DNA of 61,569 nucleotides, filler included. It is 11 parts of 11 records of this genome, joined end to end, with 100 filler letters (N's around TTAATTAATTAA, not from the genome) between each part and the next. Parts side by side here need not be neighbours in the genome. Positions count along the whole stretch, not along the records: positions 45,292 to 49,010 come from SRR15195285_2073; positions 49,111 to 53,911 come from SRR15195285_2075; positions 54,012 to 61,569 come from SRR15195285_2076; 8 more parts are not named here. The stretch is one strand, 5' to 3'. Each line of letters starts with the position of its first letter. The stretch's first letter is position 1. Below the pieces are notes generated by a model. It was not told the origin of the DNA and did not search any database. It saw nothing but the letters and a program-made list of their open reading frames with translations. A program made the translations under genes and the position numbers. Positions 46,514 to 56,825 of the stretch are shown in pieces.

Positions 46514-46746
46514 GTGTCCAATCATTCGCAATTTTTCAAATTATTTTCGCTGGTGCTGGTGCTGGTGTTGGTGCTGGTGCTAGCGGCAGCCTCGCCGCGG
46601 CGGCGCGCGTGGCGCCGGCGTCGGACCGTCAACGAACGGACAGCTGGAGGCCCAGAATGTGCGCCCACCGTCGCCTGCACCGGTGCTGACACCGGGCATA
46701 AGGCGCTACAATAAGGATCCTACAATAAGCGGGTATTATTATGTTG

Positions 46747-49010
46747 TTACGACTCGGCGCTTCCAGCCTGCCCCACCCCATTTCCTACCGAAATCAGCCA
46801 CGTGACCGCAGAGCCCAGCACACTGGCTGCGCCGATCACCACCTTCCCCAAGAACCGCTTGTCGACCACCGTGCCGAAGATAATAAAGCCGAGCCCTTGC
46901 CCCTTGTTGAGGCGGGTGATCGACCACCTGAACTGCATGCATCGATCTTTGTGGTCCATGCCCCCGAGGAAACTGATCTCGGTCAGCTGGTCGAACAGGT
47001 CGTCGCAGCTGCTGGAGACTGTCGCGGGCGCAAAAGCGACGACCAGTGGCAGAGCACTAATACCAATCAGCACACCGATCAGCACCATGTCCTCCATCGC
47101 GACGGCAGTTGGCAGCATCCCCAAAGAGGCGAAGACACAGCCGACGATCGACGCGCCCATCGCCGAGCCCCACGCGCTGAGTTCTCCCATTGTGGATACA
47201 AGCATCGCACCAGGCAGCGAAACCTGCATGTTCCAATTGTCCCGTGCCACCTTCTCCGACACAGCGTCCTCGCTTGTCTCCTCCTCCTCTGCGCCTAGCA
47301 GCGCCGAGGTCGCGATGAAAGTGCAGACCACCTTGTCTGGCTCCAGCTTCCGCATGACATCATCCACGTTGTCTGCCGCTAGCACAACCGCCAGTTGCAA
47401 CGACATGATCCAGAGCGGCCACACCAAGCTGGCGATCATGGCTGCTGGCAGCCAGAGCAGTAACATCAGCCACGCATAGGTCCGCAAAACACCATCCGGG
47501 ACGCAGCGCGCCGGCCGAAAGAAGAAAAGCGCAGCCTGCTGGACAAATACATCGTCGTCGTCGGTATGGTCGCCCAACCGTGCGTGATCAAAGCCCGAGG
47601 CAAGAGACTTCAAAATGCCCACGCCCATGCACAGCACTGATGCAAGTAGGAGCATGGTGATCAGCGCTGTCCAGTAGCGCCACCGATTGATCTTCTGGAA
47701 AGTCTGCCAAGCGATCCTCACGCGGTTCATCGTGAGCCCACCAGCAAACGCAAGCTGTGTGAATGCTCCACCGTGCCGATTAACGGTCGAGAGCGCCATC
47801 GAAGACATGGACCCTGAGCTCTTTCTTTCTGCATCATATTGCTGCACTACCAGGTCAACCCCTCCTGCTTTGAGATCCACCGCTGCCAGCGTGACCTCTA
47901 GGGCTTGCTGATTGCCCAAGGTTACGAGAGCATAGCTTCGGTTTTGGAGCTCTGTCGAACCGTCTGGCATACTCACCATCCGGACTTTGTGACGCAGTTG
48001 GACCTTCTCGATGGAACTTCTCACGACACGCCCAAGATCTGAGAGAACCATCCGCACACCGTTCTCGTTTTCGAACGCCCCCCGCCCAGCCTCTGTGCTG
48101 TCCCACCCAGAGACTCCGATGTTTCGTATCATGATCATGGGCTTCTGCACTACGGAATCGCCGGTTGTCCTGTAGTTGTATCTACGCTGAAGTGTCTGTC
48201 CCACATCGCTTTGCAACTCTGTTAGGCGTCGCTGTCCAACAATTTCTTCAAGGCTTGATGTGTTCGCCTGTGCAAGCCGAGCTTTCTCAAGACTGTCATT
48301 CATGAAATCCTTCATAGCGCCCTTCGCGTTGAGTCCGACCGTGGTGTCGAACTTGGACAGGACTAGTGGAGTAGCACCAGCTAGCACGCGTCCGTCCGCA
48401 TCGAGCACAGCGTTCGCTTCTGCCTCACTACCCATCGTGATGACCGCCCATGACGTGTTGCGCCACCGCTGCTGTGGCACTTGTGAGGAGTCATCCACAG
48501 AAAACGCAGCGGCGGAAGCGGAGCCCGAGGACACCTCCAACTGCGTGCGATGGCGTATGTACACCTCAACGACGGTGCCGAAGCGCCGAAAGATGCGTGC
48601 AATGGCAATTTTGTTTTCGTAGTCCCCCTTGCCTCCTTCCGAGCCGTCGTATCCACTGACGCCGATGCCCCGCACGTGGATCTGCCTCCCAAAAAGAGCA
48701 CGGACGTCGCTTTCCGCCATGATGTTCCCAGGCTTGGCACCACGAGGCCGTGGGCTCTCTTGGCTGGTCAGTTGCTTCGCCAACGCTTCCCGTGCCTGCT
48801 CGACCACCTTCGTGTGCACAGATCGGTGCAGGGTTGCTGCATTTTGGTTGGCTCCGCGAACCACGTCGCGCAGGCTGTGGAAGACGACGACCCAGACGCT
48901 GGCGAAACTGAAAGTCCCCAGCGTGGCCAACATCGCAGCCGACATGGGCACGGTGGAGCAGTCATAGACCAGGTCCATCAGCGAGCCGGCGCTCGTGAGG
49001 AACGGTGCCA
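46747..49010 (-). CDS. Multi-pass membrane protein with gustatory-receptor-like (7TMIC) C-terminal architecture and two RRM-like domains in a cytoplasmic loop, 5'-truncated
   Basis: Hydrophobic helices flank two paralogous RRM-like units (IHVRGIG..IFRRFGTV..V.IRHR..NTSWAVITM; IMIRNIG..LSDLG..V.LRHK..NRSYALVTL). The C-terminus ATVSSSCDDL..L...LNKGQGLGFIIFGTVVDKRFLGKV resembles TM6-TM7 of GRL/DUF3537 proteins. The CDS is secure; the family call is tentative. Confidence 0.7.
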
Positions 49011-49110
49011 NNNNNNNNNNNNNNNNNNNNNNNNNNNNNNNNNNNNNNNNNNNNTTAATTAATTAANNNNNNNNNNNNNNNNNNNNNNNNNNNNNNNNNN
49101 NNNNNNNNNN
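49011..49110. other. Artificial contig linker
   Basis: N44-TTAATTAATTAA-N44. Confidence 0.98.
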
Positions 49111-49135
49111 CTCTCTCTCTCTCTCTCTCTCTCTC
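49111..49135. repeat. (CT)n microsatellite at contig start
   Basis: About 12 CT units; likely cause of the assembly break. Confidence 0.9.
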
Positions 49136-49805
49136 GTGCCCAGATCTACTACAGGGAGCAAAGCCAGTGCGCGTACATGAACAGGGAGGGGAGAGATGTC
49201 GCACAGCCGAGCTTGCGAGCGACAGCAGGCGGCTTACCTACCACAGAGGGGGGCGGACCAATGCGTCAAGCAACCGTCGGTCGCGCCGGCGCGGGGACGC
49301 GCGCGCGCGCGCCGGTGACGAATTGGGCAACGAATCATTCATCGCAAGTTCGCAACGGATCAAAATGAGAAATATTCCGGACGATGTATGCACAAAAAAA
49401 AGAAAAAGAATGATATATGAATGGCCAGAACCATTTTTTCATGCACGCCGGCATTGGCCATCCGCCGGTGGTTCGGCGTGATCACGCCAGACGAAGGCGT
49501 GATTTTCTCCGCGCGGATGGAGTTGTGAATTACGCCGAGTTCATGCATCGCGGCGATTCTGTGCAAATTCTCGATCAATGTTGATCATCAATCCTTGCAC
49601 ACATGTGCCTGTGAATCAGCAGCCTGCTGTGAGTGTGTGTCGAGTGTGTGTCTCACGTCAGCATCCGCCACTCGATTCATACATACGCTAGTCGTACTAG
49701 ACTGCTATTCGAATACTAGCAGCATTCTTACTAGTATATGATATGCGCACCGCGCGGCGGCGCGTCGTCCGCGCGCGCGGGGGCAGGGTGTGCGCCGGCT
49801 CCGTC

Positions 49806-51954
49806 ATGTCCGGCACGGCCATCCCCAGCGACGGCGAGGGTGGTGGTCAGGGTGGCAGCAAAGCGACCGCTAACGTTCTAAACCCAATAGACAGTTCAAA
49901 CGTGGCGGCTGAAGTGGTGCAGCCGTTTGAGATCGAGGCTGGCGCAGATGCGCCGTCCGACCCTTCCGATGGAGCACTGGTGGCGGCGATGGTCGATCTG
50001 GAGTCCGCGCTTGCAGCGCTGCGATCTGGGACCGGTTCCGAAGCCGGCGCGGCCGGCGCGGTCCGCAATCTTCACTCGCTGCTTCAGTTGCAGTTGCCGC
50101 CGAGCCAGCACCCGATGGCCGACGGCGGGGCGATCGGCAGCATGGAGATGGCCGTCCGTGCGATCTTCGGTCGACTGGCTGAAGCACCAGCCAAGTACGC
50201 CACGCCCTGACCAGCTTTTGTATGCCCACTGCTCAACTTAGCACACGCATTCAAATTTGAATCTTGCCGATGCTGCCGCTATAACACCACTTTGTGCTAC
50301 AGTTGGCACCAGGCAGTGGTGTTCGCGCTGGCCGCGCCGGATGACGAGCCGCTGGCCCGCCAGGCCAAGGCGCTCTTCGCCATAGGCTGGTGCATCGTGC
50401 TGGTGCAGACTTTTACCGTTGTCGGCATGCTGAGTGGCACTGCCCAGCCGGCTTGCGCCTCGTCTGACCAATGTGAAGCCGGACGGTTCTGTTCGATCGG
50501 CAACCGCGATCGCTGTGGGTACTGTGGCGACAACGCCCCGATGCCGATGCAGATTGACTTCCGAACAGGCGCCGCCTACAACGTCATCGGATGCCAGGGA
50601 GCAGGCGATAAAGCTACGCAGGGCATCGGCTTTTGCGGTCCGAACGGCAAGTACAACGATGTCCCGGGTGTCTTCTATGCAGGCTTCAACCTCACTGGGG
50701 TGGCTGACATGTGCCGAGACCCGAGCGCATACCTCGTCAATGTAGTCGGTAACGATGGGACTGTGCGGCTGGAAGGCGTTGTGGGGGATGGGTCGACAAT
50801 GCTTTTCGCGGAGACTGCAGCACTCGAGTGGTGCAAGGCGTGTGTCACATTTGGGAGCTCGGCCGACCACGTGCTTGCGGCCGATGATCTCGGACAATGG
50901 GACGTGATTGCGCTGAGTGTCGACTCGATGGGAATCTTTGAGTAAGGTTAAGTCTAGAGCTAATTTTAGGTTAGTTGCTACTCTTGCTCGATAGTGGCAC
51001 TGACAAGAATCGCCGTGTGCTTGTAGTTGGATGGCATTGTTGTTGTCTTGCTTCGTCGTATCCACCACGATCACGGGTGAATTGAAGGTGAGCCTGTGAC
51101 CTGGTCTATATTCAATTATTTTGGTACTGGAGTGTGTTGGCAACACCAGATCATGTTTGTATGATACATCATAGATCATTACTATCGTTGTTGTTTGCCC
51201 TCGTTGCTGTTGCTGCTGTTTGTCAGGACATCACAATTTGCTTGCTCGCATTGGAAAGATCGAGTGATCACATATCCAAACCGTTTCGGGTCGGTATTTT
51301 CGTGATGAATTGGGTTAGACGGTGGGTGTTCCTGATTGCACTGGCGTATACAGTACCCGTCCTGGTCCTCTTCAGGGGCTCCGACGCACTAGCAGTGTGT
51401 TTCAACAGTGAGTTTAGTTGTCCAGCATTATATAGCCGTTGCTCGTAGGTAGCATGGAAGATTGCAAGCATCGCTTAACTTCTGTGAACGATTGGTGTCG
51501 GCTCTTGGCGTCGCACCATGCAGCCGTCGCCATCCTGTTTACATGCGAGGTCGACAATATTGCGTACAACATGGGCCTCGGTGAGAAAGAGCGTGGCCAC
51601 GTGGAAGCAGGTGGTCGGGTCGACCTCACTACCATCGAAGCCTCTACATTAGCCAAGGCCAAGGCAGCCCACATCGGGCTGGTACCACTGTTCTTGATGT
51701 TGGTTGTCCGACTAGTGCCAGTCCTCCTCTATGTGCCCGCACTTGGATTTGTTGGGATGCTGTGCGTGCCCGCCACGTTTGTGGTCCCTGGCATTCTTGA
51801 GGCAGTTTGGGCGCGGCGGATTCCGGTCGGCACGAAAGCGAATCAGTGCCGTACTGCTTGCGCGCGAACTGTTGTGGTTGTTGCGAACTGGTTTCTAGGA
51901 TTCACCTGCATGATGGTGTGCTTCTTTGTGGCGCTTGGAGGACATTCCGAATAG
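49806..51954 (+). CDS. Multi-pass membrane protein of unknown function with a large Cys-rich extracellular loop; 5 exons (49806-50194, 50303-50941, 51027-51087, 51227-51407, 51524-51954)
   Basis: Four GT-AG introns join four ORF fragments and one unlisted 61-nt exon in frame (APAN|WHQ, GIFD|WMALL, GELK|DITIC, VCFNT|VAILF.CEVDN). Several TM-length hydrophobic stretches; loop C..SDQC..G.FC......RC.YCG. Confidence 0.78.
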
Positions 51955-52418
51955 GTTAGCATCGGGTGTAGAGACACTTGTGTTCGATTCCCAGACTCGT
52001 GCTTGAGCACATTCTTTGCTACGGAAGTGTGATTCATCGCAAAGTCAGATGGGTGGAGCGGAACAGCACCAGTACCGGGTAATACAGAGCGGGACACCAA
52101 TGACTACAGGTCAGGCTCTACTGGGGTCCGTGGGATGTCTGAAGAATTTCTTGGTGGCGGGCGCGCCATGCCCTTTGCGACAACTTCTAAGTTGTCACAA
52201 AGCGTTTGTGACGCCCTGTGATCACATCACAAAGGCGGCCTTTGCCCCTGCTCACGGCCCAGTGGCGATGCATCTCGGCGGCACAAAAGCCAAAGGGGAG
52301 CTTCTGAAGCGCAAAAGCAAAGATGAATGCTAACTATTCGTTTTGCAGTCACGAGTGGCGCTACGTGACCCTGTTCTGAATCTCTGCACCCAACTTGCCG
52401 TTAGCCTGAGCGGCCAAG

Positions 52419-53871
52419 TCAACCCGCCGCAACGCAGCCTCCAGCACGGCGAGACACGTCGTTCACCAATGATTCAAACGTGCCATCGCCGCCTTCGGCA
52501 GCTTCAGAATCCGCATACGCGTGGTACACCTCATTTAGAGCAGCTTCAGCAGCCGCGAGAGCCACCTCAAGGCGCGCGCACTTGGCACAGCCACCGATCA
52601 CAGGAGCTGGCATCTCAGCCTGTCTGACCTTCGGCGGGTCACGGTCGAGACGTGGCGTCTCTCCTGGCTCAGACATAATCAGTCTTTCTAGATCGTCGTT
52701 GGTAGACAGGTCAAGGTCTAGTCCACTCATGCTCTGTCGCTGCTGCTGCTCCAACTGTGATTTCAGTGACTGGATCTGTCGTGCTTGTGCTTCCAGCTCA
52801 TGCTCCTTCTGCTGTAGCTCACCGCGAAGACGGACGATTTCTGCTTCCGAAGCGGTTGGCACCACAACGGAGTTGTCAGCAGCTCCACCGCCTGGCCCAC
52901 CTGCGCGGAGCAGAGGCCGCTGCGAGCTGCGCGCTTTTGCCGCTTTCGGCGGCTGACCAAAACACGGACCGTTGTAGCTGCTGAGGGTGAACGCCAGCTT
53001 GCTCAGATTCCTGAGACAGATCTCGACATTCCTCAGATTCTTGGAGCCTTCTTTGTACAGGTCTTCAGTGTCCTGCAGTAATCGCAGAAGCCCATAAGTT
53101 AGCAGCTAGCGCTCAGGTCGAGCAGGCTGACGCAAGCAGCTGAAGAGGCTTGTGCGCACAAATGTCTGATGGTCTTGCAGGCCGAGCTCTTTGGCGGCGG
53201 TTATGAACTGCGTGATGTTCTCCCGATGGAACATTTGCTTGTCCTTGACTTTAATTCGCTTTCCTCCCAGCTTCTCGATGAGATCGCAGAGGACAACGCC
53301 TGACTTTAAGCACTCTTGCATCGCCCAGCCCTTGCTCTGCAGCTCGTCGTTTCTGCCTGTCACCTCGCCCACCCACCTCACGGCCTGCTCCTCGTCTGTT
53401 CCCTCGTACTTCTTGAACCGGTTGATGTCCAATGTCGGCGCGTCTGGTGGTCGGCCGAATACGATGGTCACCGGACGGGCGGCCGAGACTAGCATGTCTG
53501 TAGTCGCGTTGAATGACAAGCCAGCGACACTCCTTCCTTGAATCTCCTTGACCATGTGCCCCTTGCGCAACGCTGGATGCGCTGCGGCAGGGGTTCCCGG
53601 ATTCACCCCCGACACCTCAACGTACGCGCACGGGGCATCGGGGCTCTGCGGTTCGTTCCCGTACCTGCTCCACGCAGGAAATCAGAACCGCTTGACCAGC
53701 AGCATGCCAGCAGCCTGCTGCCACAAGCGGTACAGAGCTCTAGTTGAAGGCTACGCACGCATCGACCCCTGTCAGGACCAGCCCGATCCGCTGCTCCGGA
53801 AAGGACAGCTCGACGTCGTCCGGACCCACCGGATCGAACAGGCTCGAGGAACGGGCGCGCCCAGCTTCCAT
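52419..53871 (-). CDS. PDZ plus calponin-homology (CH) plus coiled-coil protein; exons 53871-53759, 53664-53160, 53072-52419
   Basis: PDZ VELSFPEQRIGLVL..VSGVNPGTPAA....LRKG..V.EI.G.SV.GLSF......L..A.RPVTIVF; CH WV.EVTG..CLKSGVVLC.LI..L..RENITQFI.AAKELGL....F|DTEDLY....L..V..CL..L. Introns 53665-53758 and 53073-53159. The 3' end may include one more intron. Confidence 0.85.
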
Positions 53872-53911
53872 CGCCTCCCCACAGCGACGTGGTCCCAGCG
53901 ACGTGGTCCCA

Positions 53912-54011
53912 NNNNNNNNNNNNNNNNNNNNNNNNNNNNNNNNNNNNNNNNNNNNTTAATTAATTAANNNNNNNNNNNNNNNNNNNNNNNNNNNNNNNNN
54001 NNNNNNNNNNN
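53912..54011. other. Artificial contig linker
   Basis: N44-TTAATTAATTAA-N44. Confidence 0.98.
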
Positions 54012-54369
54012 ACTAGCGCTGTGAATTCACAGCTAGTCATATATGGCAACAGGGCCACATGCAGACCGTAGACTGTGCCATCTAGCATAAATTCTGTCAG
54101 ATTTCTACATTGCGCATTATGGAAAAGAAAAATGGATTTGGAGAAGACTTCTCGATACATTATTTTCTTCTCGATACCCGTGCTCGAGCCTTGATGTGGC
54201 ACAGATACACTCCAAGTTGTATAGAACTGCACTGCCCAAGGGCGGTTTAGCGCGATCGATCTGAATGCAAGGCTTCCGGAAATGATTGTGATGCGGCACA
54301 GATACCTGCACGATCCCACGAGTTTATGCTGTTTTTGCGCGCCCGGATAATTATTATTCTTGAACAAAG

Positions 54370-56375
54370 TCACGCGCCCTGTTGCAGCCAATCTGTGAAC
54401 TTCTTCTCGTCGTCGGCTGTAAAGTTGCGGTACGCATTCGCCAGGAGGGCCTTCCAACCGTCTGCAGGAAATGCAGCCATCCAGCGTGTCGCCCAGTCGT
54501 GGCCCTGCTTCTCGTATTCTACCATTACAGTCGCGTAGTCTATCTGCGACCGAAGCTTGACATCGAGCTCCTCAACAACTTCAAAGTTGCTCGCGGCGAC
54601 GTTGTGCATCTCCCACGGGTCTGCTTCCAGGTCGAACAGCTGCGGTAGAAATACCTTTGGGGACGCCGCCGTGGCGTACGTAATCAACTTCCACTTGCCC
54701 TCGCGCTGCGCAACACGAAGCAACCAGCGGGTTGTCAATGATTATCAGAAAGCCTCTTCGCTAAAGTCAATCGTTTGTGTCTTGTGGATCACCAGCATAA
54801 ACTGCCCAGCGTTGAGACTGTCGCATGCCGCCATTGCCGCAACGTACGGCGGACGGCGGGCTTTGTCGTCGTTTGAGCTCGCCTCGACCACCGGAAGTAG
54901 CGAGTACCTGCATTCCCCACAGAGTACATGACCGCATTGCTTGCATAGAACATACACACAGTACCTATTCTCGAGACTATCAAACCACCAGAACAAATGC
55001 AATGTGCCTACTCAGCTTACCCATCAAGGAAGCTGTAGGGCTCTGTAGTGGGGCTAGCGCCAGCGAGGTCAATGAACGTCGGAAAGATGTCCAATAACGA
55101 GACGAGGGTTGTCTCGGTTACGGCCGCCCGAATGCCTGGCCCGGCAATGATCAGCGGGACGCGGGCGGAGCCTTCGTAGTGAGTCATTTTCTCTACGTGA
55201 CGATGCTCGAGGTGCATTTCCCCGTGATCACTCGTAAACAGTATGAAAGTATTGTCGGCCGCCGGACTAGCAGCGAGGGCATCGATGACTTTCCCCATCA
55301 TCGCGTCGGTCTCTGCTGTCTGACCGTGCCATGCCCTCGCCAACCGCCGCGCCAAAGACCGATCGTAAGCCGCTGGCACACCTTCTGCTTGAAATTGGAA
55401 TACATCGGCTGGATGCAAAGCTTCCAATGGTTGCCACCGTGTGGCGTTAATTGTCACGTCTAGCGCGTGCTCGTCAATGTGATCGAGCCACGTGGCGTTC
55501 GTGAAGTACGGTGGATGCGGATCGCAAATTGAGCAATACAGCGCCCATGGCTTCGCGGCGTTTTCGCCGTCTGCGGGGATTTGACCAAGGGCTCCAATCC
55601 AGTCTTGGCATTGCTGAATCGTCGGCCAGTCGTGCACGAACGGCCCGCCGCTTGGATTCGTCTCGTTAATCCAGCCGTTTTCAGCGAGCAGCGGCTGAAA
55701 AACAGGCTTGGAGATACCAGCCTCTCCGGCCCAGGAGTGTATTAGATCACCGTGATAGTATGTTGGACGCGAGTTGTGTGCCACCGTCGCGGTGCTCCAG
55801 TTGCCTGTATCGTGGTAACCGTTGGCGTTGCAAATGTCAATTCCAGGCCGGCAGACGCCTCCTCCTGTGTCCATCTTACCGAACAGCTGCACGCGGTAGC
55901 CCAGGGCAACCAGTGCGTGCCGAATCGACCCAACGCTGGAGATATTCTGTTTCTTGCCTTCAGCGATGCACCAGTCAGTGCCGTAGCCGACTACGCTCGC
56001 ACACGTCTTGTCTGCTACATCAGGTTGGCCGATCATGGATGTGAGGGCCTTGACGTTGTTCCACGTACGGATGCTAGCTGTTCGCCGTCCCGTCCACGTC
56101 GACGCACGTGAAGGGGCACACAGGGGATTTTCAGCGTACGTTTGGACGAAATTAACCCCGCGCTTCGCCAGCGCCGTGAGATGCGGCATGTCCGTAACGC
56201 GACTGAGCGGGTGGGAGGGGTCGAGAACTCGGCCGTCCATCTCGTCGCACTGCAGAAAGAGAAGATTGGGGCGGGCGGTGGTGACGCTAGCGCTGCCGGT
56301 GGGCAGCAGCAGCAGCAGGCTGAGCGACAGCAGCAGGGGCAAGACCACGCCGCCGCCTGCTGACGCATGGCCCAT
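54370..56375 (-). CDS. ARSK: Secreted/lysosomal formylglycine-dependent sulfatase (S1), arylsulfatase K-like; exons 56375-55021, 54907-54793, 54705-54370
   Basis: Signal peptide; motifs RPNLLFLQCDEMD, PLCAPSRASTWTGR (CxPSR), WNN, GKMD, DPHPP, AETDAMMG, TSDHGE...EHR...KM..YEGSARVPLI, VSLLDIFPT, ML|REGKWKLI.Y..PQLFDL..DP.E..NVA; introns 54908-55020 and 54706-54792. The symbol denotes similarity, not proven orthology. Confidence 0.9.
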
Positions 56376-56825
56376 CGCGGTCCCCGCTGCTCGAGCTCGA
56401 ACAACGATGAACGAACTTCAACGTACAACGACGGCGGTTACACCCAGCCTGTTATACCCTCGCTGGTGGCGACAGCTCGTTCACTCACGACTCCGTCACG
56501 CGCTGGCAGGGTGTCGTCCGTCGTCGCGCCGCCGCCGCCGCCGGCGGCGGCGCTAACGCGGCGCGCCGGTACTAGTAGCTGGCGACGCGAAGTTACCATG
56601 ACCTGGGCACTGTATTTTCTGGTGTGTACACGACGTTCGACGAGGCACATGAATGGATTACCGCGCGCCGGCCTCGCGGCGGGATCGATCGGATCGCGCG
56701 GATCGATCTATAGGGAACGCGCGGTACATTAACATACTACCGGTATTATGGTAGTACGTACGCGCGCGCGCCGCGCGCGCGCGGCGCTGACGGACGTCAC
56801 GAAGAAGCCGAGGGCGGAGCGCGAT

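Noticed and set aside
49340-49600. Possible structured ncRNA (GGCGTGATCACGCC palindrome and related words)
   Set aside because: No tRNA, snRNA or snoRNA hallmarks recognisable by eye; it would need an Infernal/Rfam search.
53882-53911. Short tandem duplication CAGCGACGTGGTCC at a contig end
   Set aside because: Only two copies at an assembly edge; uninformative.
8595-54011. Ten regularly structured N-TTAATTAATTAA-N blocks as a biological repeat or CRISPR-like array
   Set aside because: Identical 100-nt synthetic spacers with six-frame stops, used to concatenate contigs.
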